Counted from the first letter of the stretch, positions 19,770 to 29,734 are shown. The stretch: 64,000 bases of DNA from Candidatus Azotimanducus sp. (GCA_965220185.1 OZ244807.1:2578956-2642955); one strand, 5' to 3'. A program made the numbers and translations. Notes: a model not told the origin generated them from the sequence alone.

Positions 19770-20187
19770 TACCAATATCCTCATCTACGCGCACGATGGG
19801 AGAATTGCCGAGAAACAAGAGAACGCGCGCAAGCTTGTCAAGAAGCTGCTACAAGATCGACATGGTGTTGTTTCACAGCAGGTGCTTCAGGAGTTTTTTG
19901 CCGCCGCAACGCGCAAACTCCATATGCCAAGCGAGGTGGCTCGCGAGCATGTCCTTACTTATTCACGCTTTGAAGTAGTGTCTTTTTCGACCACAGACAT
20001 GATCGCAGCCATCGATCTGCATAGGCTGCACCAATTTTCCATATGGGATGCCCTGATCGTGCGCGGTGCCTTGAAAGCCGGGTGCGAGACGCTCTACAGC
20101 GAAGACATGCAAGATGGACGCAAGATCGATTCCCTGACAGTTCGCAACCCATTCGAATCTCAAGACGCTTGGCAAGTGCGCCCATGA
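19747..20187 (+). CDS. vapC: Type II toxin, PIN-domain ribonuclease VapC
   Basis: From ATG 19747 the protein reads MSDQKFLDTNILIYAHD (first PIN acidic motif) ... IWDALIVRGA ... LYSEDMQDG. It overlaps the antitoxin stop. Confidence 0.8.
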   Translation: MSDQKFLDTNILIYAHDGRIAEKQENARKLVKKLLQDRHGVVSQQVLQEFFAAATRKLHMPSEVAREHVLTYSRFEVVSFSTTDMIAAIDLHRLHQFSIWDALIVRGALKAGCETLYSEDMQDGRKIDSLTVRNPFESQDAWQVRP

Positions 20188-20204
20188 ATTAACAGGACGG
20201 GACA

Positions 20205-20777
20205 CTACGTACACGCTTTCACTGGCGCGAAGTCTCGGCGGTGCTGCGGGCATGGGCCGTGACGCTTGAGCGACTGCAAGTGCAGGCGGGTGCCATAGCC
20301 CTTGTGTCGCTCGAAGCCAAATTGCGGGTAGCTTTGAGCGAGTTCACGCATGATGCCATCGCGGTGCGTTTTCGCCAAGATCGAAGCTGCGCCTATGAGC
20401 GGCTCGCTGCCGTCGCCACCAACCATGGCTTGGCACGGCACAGGCACTTGCGGCACATGCAGGCCGTCAACGAGAATGAGCGTCGGCGTCACGCAGAGCC
20501 CGAGCACCGCCCGTCGCATGGCAATGAGTGTCGCGCCAAGGATATTGTGCGCTGCGATCTCATCGACATCAGCCAGGCCGAGTGCCCACGCGCCGGGGGT
20601 GTCACGGATCGCCGCCGCCAACCACTCGCGTTGCTTCGCTGAACATCGCTTTGAGTCTGTCACGCCATCGGGGAGATGTTGCATGGCGACCGCAGCCGCC
20701 ACGACAGGCCCTGCAAGCGCCCCGCGACCAGCTTCGTCAACGCCGGCGCAAAGAGAATTAGACGCGCGTTTCCGCAC
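20205..20777 (-). CDS. rnhB: Ribonuclease HII
   Basis: 190-aa ORF with AGVDEAGRGALAGPVVAAAV and the later DSKRCSAKQRE motif. Confidence 0.92.
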   Translation of the reverse strand: MRKRASNSLCAGVDEAGRGALAGPVVAAAVAMQHLPDGVTDSKRCSAKQREWLAAAIRDTPGAWALGLADVDEIAAHNILGATLIAMRRAVLGLCVTPTLILVDGLHVPQVPVPCQAMVGGDGSEPLIGAASILAKTHRDGIMRELAQSYPQFGFERHKGYGTRLHLQSLKRHGPCPQHRRDFAPVKACT

Positions 20778-21201
20778 AGGTCAGCGAGCACGAGGCAACA
20801 AGGCGCTCTGCCACCAAGGCTTCACAATCAAACTTGACCAAGCTGCGCCGGTAGGCGGTGAGCGTGGATTTCAAATCAAGCCGGTCGCCCGGCACTACGG
20901 GATGGCGAAAGCGCGCCTTCTCAACGCCTGCAAGGTAGTAGGCCACGCCGTCGCTTGGAAGTTTTCCAAGGGTCTTGAATCCGAGAATGCCCGACACCTG
21001 CGCCAAGGCTTCGACGATCAACACGCCAGGCATGACTGGATTGCCCGGAAAATGACCTTGAAAAAATTCCTCGTTGATGGATACGTTCTTGAAGGCGTCA
21101 ATCGACTCGCCAGCCTCGTAGCGGACCACCCCATCGACAAGCAGAAATGGATAGCGGTGCGGCAGGTGCGCCATCACCTCGTCGATGGACATGGCGGACA
21201 T
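20758..21201 (-). CDS. fabZ: 3-hydroxyacyl-ACP dehydratase
   Basis: 147-aa ORF with LPHRYPFLLVD and HFPGNPVMPGVLIVEALAQ. Confidence 0.93.
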   Translation of the reverse strand: MSAMSIDEVMAHLPHRYPFLLVDGVVRYEAGESIDAFKNVSINEEFFQGHFPGNPVMPGVLIVEALAQVSGILGFKTLGKLPSDGVAYYLAGVEKARFRHPVVPGDRLDLKSTLTAYRRSLVKFDCEALVAERLVASCSLTCAETRV

Positions 21202-21236
21202 TTGACTGCCCTTCGCTATGAAGCGATGCTCGGCGG

Positions 21237-21755
21237 CTACTGCTTGTCGTTGAGTTTTTCGGTCATTCGCCGCGTGATGTCGTGCTTGGGGTTGACAAAG
21301 GTGGCGACTTGGCGCTCGAAGACCATGTCCATTCCTTCAAGCTCAATGATGTCTGCGAGTGCCGCGTTCACCTTGGGCGCCATCTCTTCGAGCACTTCCT
21401 GCTGTCGCTCCTGTAGCGCACGCTGATATTTCTGCAATTCAAACTGAAAGTCGGTGCGATTTTCTTCCATGAGCTTCTGGTGCCGGCGACGCTCATCGTC
21501 GCTCATGATCTCGCCGTCGGTCTCAAGCTTGCCGCGCAAGCTCTCAAACTCTTCCTGCAGCCCTTCGAGCTTTGCCTGATCTTCGGCAAGTTCCGATTCG
21601 ATTTGCGCAAGCAGCGCCTTGCCTTCGTCACTCTCGCTAATCGCCCGCGCGGTATCGATAAATCCAATCACAAGCTGCGCGGATGCAGCGGATGAGACAC
21701 CCGAAGCTGTGGCAATGACCGCGAGGCCTAAGAATCTGGCAAGCCCTCTATACAC
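21237..21755 (-). CDS. skp: Periplasmic chaperone Skp (OmpH family)
   Basis: 172-aa ORF with a signal peptide and a Lys/Glu/Gln-rich coiled-coil body. It sits between bamA and fabZ. Confidence 0.85.
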   Translation of the reverse strand: MYRGLARFLGLAVIATASGVSSAASAQLVIGFIDTARAISESDEGKALLAQIESELAEDQAKLEGLQEEFESLRGKLETDGEIMSDDERRRHQKLMEENRTDFQFELQKYQRALQERQQEVLEEMAPKVNAALADIIELEGMDMVFERQVATFVNPKHDITRRMTEKLNDKQ

Positions 21756-21816
21756 CTGTATCGCTCCGTTTTCAGCAAAATAGCGAGGTATTCTACATGA
21801 CTTGACTTGCGTTCAA

Positions 21817-24177
21817 TCAAAACACGCGGCCAAGCTCAAATTGGAAGCTCTCGGTCTCGTCAAATTGCCCTTCGCGCAGCACCTTGGCGAGGGAAAACGT
21901 CATTGGGCCCATGGGCGAAAGCCAAGTGAAGGCGAGTCCGGTCGACGCGCGCAACTCGTCCCAGCCAAACTCAATGCAGTTGATCGCGGTAGACGCGCAG
22001 TGCGTCGAGAACACATTGCCAACATCGAAAAATAGCACTGGACGGAAGGAGGTCGTGTCATCAATGAACGGGAGGGGCACAATAATCTCGGCATTGCCTT
22101 CAACAAGCATGTTGCCGCCCAACGGGTCGCCATCCGGGTTGAATCCCAAGAGGTCCTGCCTCGGCGTCGTGCGCGGACCGAGTGAATAGCGCTCGAATCC
22201 GCGCACCGAGCCGTAGCCGCCGGCGAAGAAGTTCTCAAAGAACGGATACACGTCGGTCCCGCCATAGGCCTCGCCGTAGCCGAGCTTCGAACGTAGCTTC
22301 AAAGTGAATCCGGCAAAGAGCGGGTAGTAGATCTGGCCTTCGTATTGCAGCTTGTAGAAGAGCGTATCGCTGCCGGGCGCGGAGATCTCAAAGCCGAGTT
22401 CCTGCGAGTAGCCGCGCGTCGGGAAGATGCCGCGATTCAGGCGCACATTGGAATAGCTGCCGGTGAACTTGAGGTTGAGCGCCTCATCGCCCGCGGATTC
22501 CAAGTATTCGAGAATCTCGGCGGCCGTGTAGGTGCTGCTCGAAAGCTGCGTGTAGTCCACATTGAAGCCGAAGCGTAGTCGCATGGTTTCGCCAATCGGA
22601 ATGCCGTAGTTGGCGCCGGCACCAAACGAATCGGAAGAGTAGCGCACTAGATTGAATTCGTCGTAGTTGGTCTGACGGTAGTAGACGCTGAAGCCACGAC
22701 TGACGCCGTCGATGGTGTAGTAGGGATTGAAGTAGTTGACGCTCGCGATCTGTTGGAACTTGCTCCAGTTGAGGTTGATGCCAAAGCTGTTGCCGGTGCC
22801 GAAGAGATTGGTTTCCGAATAGCCAGCTCCGAGAATAAGCCCCGAATACTGCGCGTAGGCGACCGTGCCCTGAATGCTGCCCGAGGTCTGCTCCTTGACC
22901 GCGATGTTCACATCAATCTGATCATCGCTGCCCGCAACGGTCGGTGTTTCGACATTCACTTCGCTGAAGTAGCCGAGCCGTTCCAAGCGTACCTTGGAGA
23001 GGTCGATGAGCGCGGTCGATGCCCAGCCGCCTTCGAGCTGGCGTAGCTCGCGGCGCACAACCTCGTCCTGAGTCGTTTCGTTGCCGGTCACGGTGATGCG
23101 CCGAACGTAGGTGCGCCGGCCGGTATCGACAAAGAACTTGACATCCGCAGTGCCGTCGTTCTTGGTTTCAGGCACGCCAGAGACGCTCGCAAAGGCGTAG
23201 CCTGAATTGCCGAGCGCGGCGGTGATGCGCTCTTCGCTCCCGGTGACAAGTGCTTGCGAGTATCGGTCGCCGGGCGAAATCAAGATCAGCGACTCCAATA
23301 TATCCGGATCTTCATCGCCGATTTCACCGATGATCGACACCTCCCCAACGATGAAGTTGTCGCCCTCGCTCACATTGATGGTGATATAGACCTCCTCAAG
23401 GTTCGGCGTGATGCTGACGAGCGCCGAGGTCACTTCAAAATCCACATAGCCTTGATCGTGATAGAAGGACTCGACAGCCTCCAAGTCGCCAGCGAGCTTC
23501 TCTCGCGAGTACTTGTCGTCGTTGCGGAAGAAGGACAGCCAGTTGGGGTGCTTGAGTTCGAGTTGGTCGAGCAGCTCGGCATCGTCGAACAGGCTGTTGC
23601 CGACAAAATTGATTTGCCGGATCTTGGAGCTGTCACCTTCGACAATATCGATGCTGATGGAAACACGATTACGCGGCAGTTCCTCGACATTGGTGTCAAT
23701 AGTCGCGTTGTAGCGACCTTGGGCGACATACTGACGCTCGAGCTCAAGATCCATGCGCTCCAAGGTCGCAACGCGGAAGATCTCGCCTTCGGCCAGCCCC
23801 TGCTCGGAAAGCCCGTCAAGCAGCGCTTCAGTCTCGATGGCCTTGTTGCCATCAATGGTAATCGAGTCAATCGCAGGACGCTCTTCAACCGAGACAATGA
23901 GCACGCCGCCCTCGCGCGACATCTCCACGTCATGGAAATAGCCACTCCTGAACAGCGCTCGAATGTAGAAGGAGGTGTCGCCTTCGTCAAGGACATCGCC
24001 AACTTCAATCGGCAGCAAATTGAACACCGTGCCAGCGGATACACGCTGTAGCCCTTCAAGTCGGATATCGGTGACGCGAAACGATTCAGCGAACGCAATA
24101 GTCGATAAGGCAGCAAGCGCGATGAACCAAACCATCTGCTTGATGATGTGCTTGAACGGGCTGGTCATGCTGGCCAT
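21817..24177 (-). CDS. bamA: Outer membrane protein assembly factor BamA
   Basis: 786-aa ORF with N-terminal POTRA repeats (FRVTDIRLEGLQRVSAGTVF) and an Omp85 C-terminal barrel ending in ...FQFELGRVF. Confidence 0.95.
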   Translation of the reverse strand: MASMTSPFKHIIKQMVWFIALAALSTIAFAESFRVTDIRLEGLQRVSAGTVFNLLPIEVGDVLDEGDTSFYIRALFRSGYFHDVEMSREGGVLIVSVEERPAIDSITIDGNKAIETEALLDGLSEQGLAEGEIFRVATLERMDLELERQYVAQGRYNATIDTNVEELPRNRVSISIDIVEGDSSKIRQINFVGNSLFDDAELLDQLELKHPNWLSFFRNDDKYSREKLAGDLEAVESFYHDQGYVDFEVTSALVSITPNLEEVYITINVSEGDNFIVGEVSIIGEIGDEDPDILESLILISPGDRYSQALVTGSEERITAALGNSGYAFASVSGVPETKNDGTADVKFFVDTGRRTYVRRITVTGNETTQDEVVRRELRQLEGGWASTALIDLSKVRLERLGYFSEVNVETPTVAGSDDQIDVNIAVKEQTSGSIQGTVAYAQYSGLILGAGYSETNLFGTGNSFGINLNWSKFQQIASVNYFNPYYTIDGVSRGFSVYYRQTNYDEFNLVRYSSDSFGAGANYGIPIGETMRLRFGFNVDYTQLSSSTYTAAEILEYLESAGDEALNLKFTGSYSNVRLNRGIFPTRGYSQELGFEISAPGSDTLFYKLQYEGQIYYPLFAGFTLKLRSKLGYGEAYGGTDVYPFFENFFAGGYGSVRGFERYSLGPRTTPRQDLLGFNPDGDPLGGNMLVEGNAEIIVPLPFIDDTTSFRPVLFFDVGNVFSTHCASTAINCIEFGWDELRASTGLAFTWLSPMGPMTFSLAKVLREGQFDETESFQFELGRVF

Positions 24178-24192
24178 TCTATAGGGAACGCT

Positions 24193-25518
24193 TCAGTTGA
24201 TCAGGCTCAAGAAGTCGTTGTAGAGCGCAATGCTCATCAACAGCGCGATGAAGGCGATTCCGATGACGGCACCGACTAGCTGGACGCGCTGTGGCAGGCG
24301 GCGGCGTGTGATGCCTTCGATGCTCGCGAGCAGCACATGTCCGCCGTCAAGGAGCGGCAAGGGGATCAGGTTGATCAGACAGAGATTAATTGAAAGTAGC
24401 GCCAGCACCTGCAAGAACGTTGATGCGCCCATGAGCGCCGCATCGCGCGTCACCGACGCAATGGCGACCGGCCCGCCAACGCCCGAGGTGTCCATTTCGC
24501 GGGTGAACAGCTTGCCGATGAACTCAAACAAGAGGCCCGATAGCTCATAGGTCTCTTGCAGCGCGGCGGAAATGCCTTCAATCGGCCCGTAACGAACCTC
24601 CTGCAAGGCGAGGCCTACGCCGAGGAAGCCACGACCATCATCTTCGTGCGCGCCGAGGCGCACTTCGAGATCACGTGCCTGCCCTGCCCTGTCCACTCGT
24701 ATCACCATATTCTCATGCGGACGGCCTTGCAGGGCGGCGATTGTCTCGGAGACAGTGGCTATCGGCACGCCATCAATTGCCAGAATACGATCGAACGCCT
24801 GCATGCCTGCGGCTTCGGCCGCTGACCCTGCCTCGACCGTTCCCACAATATACTGACCTGAAAGCCGCAGCCCCAAGGACGCAAGCGGCGATTCCTGAGC
24901 TTCGGCTTGTGGCCAGTCGTCAATGTTGAGTCGATATTCGCGAATCGGCGCTTGCGGGCGTCCAAGCACGCCAGTTTGCAAAGTCAGTTGCCCGCCTTCG
25001 CCGATTCTTCTGATGACCGCTGTGCCGACTTTCCTCACCGTCTCGGTGTCGCGACCGTCAACACCAACGATCAACTCGCCGCTTCCAACGCCAGCGCGAT
25101 CGGCTATTGAACCGGGCGTAATCTCACCAGTGATTGCATAGGGCTGCATCGAACCAAGCAGAAGCACACCCCACATGGCGACCGCCGCGAGCACGAGATT
25201 GGCGAAAGGTCCGGCGACAGCAATAATGATCCGCCTCGGGGCGGAGGTTCGATCAAACGTCTGCGCTTCATCGCCCGGCTTAAAGTCGGCATCTTCGCTC
25301 TGCAGCATGCGCACATAGCCGCCAAGCGGTATCGGACAGATCACCCACTCGGTACCACTTGAGTCAATGTGCTTGAGGATCGGCCGGCCGAAGCCAATTG
25401 CGAATCTCAGCACGCGAACCCCGCAGGCGCGCGCTGCCCAGTAGTGCCCAAGCTCGTGGACAGCCACAAGCACGAGGATGACAGCAAGGAAAGCGATGAT
25501 GGATTCGATGATGACCAT
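24193..25518 (-). CDS. rseP: RIP metalloprotease RseP (site-2 protease)
   Basis: 441-aa ORF with HELGHYWAARACGV, PDZ-like central regions and the C-terminal NLIPLPLLDGGH motif. Confidence 0.93.
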   Translation of the reverse strand: MVIIESIIAFLAVILVLVAVHELGHYWAARACGVRVLRFAIGFGRPILKHIDSSGTEWVICPIPLGGYVRMLQSEDADFKPGDEAQTFDRTSAPRRIIIAVAGPFANLVLAAVAMWGVLLLGSMQPYAITGEITPGSIADRAGVGSGELIVGVDGRDTETVRKVGTAVIRRIGEGGQLTLQTGVLGRPQAPIREYRLNIDDWPQAEAQESPLASLGLRLSGQYIVGTVEAGSAAEAAGMQAFDRILAIDGVPIATVSETIAALQGRPHENMVIRVDRAGQARDLEVRLGAHEDDGRGFLGVGLALQEVRYGPIEGISAALQETYELSGLLFEFIGKLFTREMDTSGVGGPVAIASVTRDAALMGASTFLQVLALLSINLCLINLIPLPLLDGGHVLLASIEGITRRRLPQRVQLVGAVIGIAFIALLMSIALYNDFLSLIN

Positions 25519-25647
25519 GTGTACCGAAGTTGGATATGCGTGCGGACGCTCAGCAAGCTTGCTATATGGATTTCAGCGGTATTGTAGAGGCTAACTTGCG
25601 TCAGCGTGCATAGTGTGAACAAGACTTGTTTCGAGCATACTTAGACA

Positions 25648-28338
25648 ATGAGCAGCCTCGACTTGGGACTTCTGCCCTCTGGGCATCTGCACTGTTTTTC
25701 ATCGTCCGCTGACAATTCAGCGGACAAAACCCCACTCGGCAAAGCCATTGAAGAGGCTTTTTCGCAGAGCGCGGCTGAAGGCTTGTTCACCTTGGCATCA
25801 AGAAACAGCGACCAAGACCTCACCCCATCCATGCAATACTGGCGCAGCTTCGCCTGCAAGCATCTGAATGACCGCTGCCTGCTCGAAGAGGCCGATGCGG
25901 AGAAACCGCTGCCACTTGCTATCCCTGACGAAGCACAAAGCTCGGCCTGGATCATCAGTGCGCCGCCGATGAAAGGCGCCGAATACCTCTCAGCTGCCGT
26001 TCTCAGCAACATCCACGCCTCGCTTGATGATTGGGTGTGCGCACAAAGCAAGGCAAGCGGAGGGCTTGAAGCGCTGCTCGCCAAACGCGCCCCGCACTTC
26101 CATCAATTGGGGCGCGTCTGCTTCCATCTCGCTGAAAACAAGAACGACCCGGACTATCCATTCGCCTTCATGTCAACCTACGTCGATCAAGGCTCGAGCG
26201 GGCGCCGCAGCCAGCATCGGCCATTGAGTCGCGCACTCAAGGAATATGCTGGCGAAAACAACAAGCAGGCGCTCATACATCTGCTCTCCCCCATCCATCT
26301 CGCCGCCGAAGCGAGCCCTGTCATCAAGGACCTTGTTGATACGGGCGACATCTACCATCCGCTGGCCTGGTCGCCATCAGAGGCATACGAGTTCCTCAAG
26401 GATGCTGGCACGTATGAGCGCTGCGGCGTGCTGGTGCGCCTGCCGGACTGGTGGAAAAAACGCAGTCGGCCACGCGCAAGCGCCACCATCGAGCAGACAA
26501 GTCGCCACGGCCTGACAGCCAACTCAATGCTGGGCTTCAAAGTACATGTTGCGCTCGGCGATGAATCGCTCACCGACGCCGAGCTCGCTGCACTCATGGA
26601 AGCCGATGACGGCCTCGTGCAAATCAAAGGGCAGTGGGTTGAACTGAATCGCGAAAAACTCCGCGAAGCGCTTGCTCATTGGAAGAAGCTAGAGAAACGC
26701 GCAAGCGCAGGCGGCCTCACCTTCGCCGAAGGCATGCGCCTGCTTGCTGGCGCACCAGCCGACTTGTCGGATGATGAGCCGGAAGAGCGCATGGCTTGGT
26801 CCGAGGTGATGCCAAGCAGCCAATTGGCGCAAATGCTTGCCGAGCTGCGCACGCCAGCGCAGCTCAAAACGACCCTGCCCGGCAGCGCCTTGAAAGCGCA
26901 GCTGCGACCCTATCAACAAGAAGGCGTGAACTGGCTGTGGCTGCTCTCCGAGCTTGGCCTCGGCGCGTGCCTTGCCGACGACATGGGCCTTGGCAAAACC
27001 ATGCAGGTCATTTCACTATTGCTGATCCTCAAGAAAAGAGGCTGCGACAAGCCTTCGCTCCTCGTGCTCCCGGCGTCCCTGCTCGGCAACTGGAAGACCG
27101 AGCTTGAGCGTTTCGCGCCAACGCTGCGCACCATCTTCTTTCATCGCTCGCAGCTCGACAAAGACACCATGGACGCCATGGCAAGCAAAGACGCCGCTTT
27201 TGAGAACATCGATGTCGTCCTGACCACCTACGGCACGCTCATGCGTCAAGATGCGCTGCAAGATCAGACTTGGCAGCTATTGGTACTCGATGAAGCGCAA
27301 GCGATCAAGAATCCATCGGCGAGGCAAACGCGGACGGTCAAGCGCATCAATGCCAAATCCAAGGTCGCGCTCACTGGCACACCCATCGAGAACCGCTTGT
27401 CTGATCTCTGGTCGCTGTTCGATTTCCTGAACCCCGGCCTGCTCGGCTCGGCCGCGCGATTCAAGAAGTTCACGAAGTCCCTTGCCGAGCAGCAGAGCGA
27501 TCAATACGCGCCGCTGCGCAAACTTGTGAGTCCGTACATCCTGCGGCGCCTGAAGACCGACCGCTCGATCATCAGCGACCTGCCCGACAAGACCGAAGTG
27601 CTCACCTATTGCGGCCTCAGCCAATCGCAGGCGGCTCTCTATCAGCGCACTGTGGACGAGATGGCGATGGCGCTTGAGCGGCTCGCAGGCATGGAACGCC
27701 GCGGCCTCGTGCTCTCCTACCTCATGCGCTTCAAGCAGATCTGCAACCATCCATCGCAACTGATCGGAGACAATGAGTACGATGCGAAGAAAAGTGGAAA
27801 GTTTCAGCGCCTTGCGGCGCTCTGCGAAGAGATCGCATCGCGCCAGGAGAAGGCTCTCATTTTCACGCAGTTTCGAGAAATGACCGAACCCTTGGCCGGG
27901 TTCTTGTCACAAGTGTTTGCCCATCCCGGCCTCGTATTGCACGGTGGCACTGCCGTGAAGCGCAGGCAACGGCTCGTTGAGCGCTTTCAGGATGAACAAG
28001 GCCCGCCGTTTTTCATCCTCTCTCTCAAGGCAGGTGGCACAGGTCTTAACTTGACGGAAGCTTCCCATGTCATTCACTTTGATCGCTGGTGGAATCCAGC
28101 AGTGGAAAACCAAGCGACAGACCGCGCCTTCCGCATTGGACAAAAGAAGAACGTGCTCGTACACAAGCTGGTCTGCCAAGGCACGATCGAAGAGAATATC
28201 GATGCGTTGATCAAAGAAAAAACCGCCTTGGCCGAGGATGTTCTTGAGGTTGGCGCTGGAGCGCTTCTGACCGAGATGGATAACGACACGATCTTGAAGT
28301 TCGTGTCACTCGACATTGATAAGGCGCTAGCCGCGTAG
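25648..28338 (+). CDS. SNF2-family helicase with a long N-terminal helicase-associated region
   Basis: 896-aa ORF with LADDMGLGKT (motif I), LVLDEAQAIKN (motif II), LTGTPIENRL and C-terminal helicase motifs (SLKAGGTGLNLT, QATDRAFRIGQ). Confidence 0.9.
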   Translation: MSSLDLGLLPSGHLHCFSSSADNSADKTPLGKAIEEAFSQSAAEGLFTLASRNSDQDLTPSMQYWRSFACKHLNDRCLLEEADAEKPLPLAIPDEAQSSAWIISAPPMKGAEYLSAAVLSNIHASLDDWVCAQSKASGGLEALLAKRAPHFHQLGRVCFHLAENKNDPDYPFAFMSTYVDQGSSGRRSQHRPLSRALKEYAGENNKQALIHLLSPIHLAAEASPVIKDLVDTGDIYHPLAWSPSEAYEFLKDAGTYERCGVLVRLPDWWKKRSRPRASATIEQTSRHGLTANSMLGFKVHVALGDESLTDAELAALMEADDGLVQIKGQWVELNREKLREALAHWKKLEKRASAGGLTFAEGMRLLAGAPADLSDDEPEERMAWSEVMPSSQLAQMLAELRTPAQLKTTLPGSALKAQLRPYQQEGVNWLWLLSELGLGACLADDMGLGKTMQVISLLLILKKRGCDKPSLLVLPASLLGNWKTELERFAPTLRTIFFHRSQLDKDTMDAMASKDAAFENIDVVLTTYGTLMRQDALQDQTWQLLVLDEAQAIKNPSARQTRTVKRINAKSKVALTGTPIENRLSDLWSLFDFLNPGLLGSAARFKKFTKSLAEQQSDQYAPLRKLVSPYILRRLKTDRSIISDLPDKTEVLTYCGLSQSQAALYQRTVDEMAMALERLAGMERRGLVLSYLMRFKQICNHPSQLIGDNEYDAKKSGKFQRLAALCEEIASRQEKALIFTQFREMTEPLAGFLSQVFAHPGLVLHGGTAVKRRQRLVERFQDEQGPPFFILSLKAGGTGLNLTEASHVIHFDRWWNPAVENQATDRAFRIGQKKNVLVHKLVCQGTIEENIDALIKEKTALAEDVLEVGAGALLTEMDNDTILKFVSLDIDKALAA

Positions 28339-28350
28339 ACGGGAGAGCAC

Positions 28351-29127
28351 ATGCCAAGGAGACGCAATAGGCGCGACTGGGGATGGCCTCGCTATGTGCC
28401 GGTGGCGGAGCGTCGAGCGAAAGCAGCGCTCCAGATGCTCGCAAGGCGAAAGAAAGGGATCATAGATCAGCCGGTTGTGATTGAAGGGCGCAAGATCGCC
28501 CGCACCTTCTGGGGCGAGGCGTGGTGCAGCCACCTGGAGAAGTTCTCCGATTATGAGAATCGCCTGCCGAGAGGCCGGACTTACGTTCGAAATGGCTCCG
28601 TCTGTCATTTGACGATCTCCAAAGGCAAGGTGGAAGCGCTCGTCATTGGCTCTGATCTCTACAAGGTGAGCATCAACATCAAGCCGCTCTCGCAAAAGCG
28701 CTGGCAGCAGATTCAGAAGCGCTGCGCGGGTCAAATCGGATCGATGCTCGAACTATTGCAAGGCCGATTGTCAAATAACGTCATGGGGATTGTCACCGAC
28801 AAGGAAAATGGCCTGTTCCCTTCGCCTCGCGAGATCGAGCTTGGCTGCGACTGCCCCGATTGGGCGGAGATGTGCAAGCACGTTGCGGCTGTTCTCTATG
28901 GGGTTGGCGCAAGGCTCGATCATCATCCGGAGCTGCTCTTCGAGCTGCGAAACGTTGACCAGCAGGACCTGATTACGGCAGAACTTGAAATCGAGTCAGC
29001 GACCTCAAGCCAAGGCAAAAGGCGGCGCCTTGCGGGCGCCGGTCTCTCTGACGTGTTTGGCGTGGATATCGAGGAAGACGCCGACGAAGCGCCCGAGGAA
29101 CGCGCGTTTTCGTCAACGCTTACCTAG
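28351..29127 (+). CDS. SWIM zinc-finger protein
   Basis: 258-aa ORF with the CxCx(n)CxH motif CDCPDWAEMCKHVAAVLY. It starts 12 nt after the SNF2 gene, with a GGGAGAG SD. Confidence 0.85.
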   Translation: MPRRRNRRDWGWPRYVPVAERRAKAALQMLARRKKGIIDQPVVIEGRKIARTFWGEAWCSHLEKFSDYENRLPRGRTYVRNGSVCHLTISKGKVEALVIGSDLYKVSINIKPLSQKRWQQIQKRCAGQIGSMLELLQGRLSNNVMGIVTDKENGLFPSPREIELGCDCPDWAEMCKHVAAVLYGVGARLDHHPELLFELRNVDQQDLITAELEIESATSSQGKRRRLAGAGLSDVFGVDIEEDADEAPEERAFSSTLT

Positions 29128-29404
29128 GGCGTGTTCACACTATGCCCTAAATTGGTCATACCTTATCAGTGTCTGCGGGCAGGTTAAAGCGCAAGGCGCT
29201 TGCTGCACGGCTTTGCCTTGGAAACAGGCAACAAAATTTTCATTCTCCCTGAAGTAGAGGCTTAAGTCACACATGGAAAGCACCTGCGCGACGCAGAGGT
29301 GCAGCGTTGGTGTCGACGCACGGGCGATCTTATAAGCAGCTACTGGACAGAGGCTCAGACCACATCATCTCGGCTATCGATAAATCCAGCTTGGAATTGA
29401 AAGC

Positions 29405-29734
29405 GTGTACTCCTGTTTCCTTGCGCACGGCACGAATAGGGTGTTCCCTGACACGCCACAAAACAAGGCTGAAGTTGTGCGTGGGTTGAACGTTCTCGCA
29501 AACACGGGGTTTGGTAGACGGGATTACGATTCCCCCAGCAGTGATGCGTTCAAGAGCATGGTGTACCGCCTGCACGCCCAGCTTCAGACTGATCAAGATT
29601 TCAAAGCCAACTTTGAGAACGCCGTCAGTTCGCCCCACAGAGCGACAGCCATTGACGCTGAGCTACGCCTCAATCGACAAATCAATCTCGCCATTGAGAA
29701 AGCGGAACAGGCGCATAGTGTAAGCACGCCCTAA
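29405..29734 (+). CDS. Hypothetical protein (109 aa, GTG start)
   Basis: This is only an ORF with plausible amino-acid composition. It lies in a lower-GC 0.6-kb segment bracketed by an imperfect inverted repeat. No recognisable motif. Confidence 0.3.
   Translation: MYSCFLAHGTNRVFPDTPQNKAEVVRGLNVLANTGFGRRDYDSPSSDAFKSMVYRLHAQLQTDQDFKANFENAVSSPHRATAIDAELRLNRQINLAIEKAEQAHSVSTP

Noticed and set aside
20350-21426. A 358-aa plus-strand ORF spanning rnhB, fabZ and skp
   Set aside because: It is antisense to three well-supported conserved genes and has no motif support.
25648-29127. The SNF2 helicase plus SWIM zinc-finger pair, considered as a possible novel defence system
   Set aside because: As far as I know this pair is widespread and vertically conserved in bacteria (for example the ywqA/ywqB type). 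It sits next to core genes at baseline GC, with no nuclease, methylase or other defence partner. It is functionally uncharacterised but not novel here.
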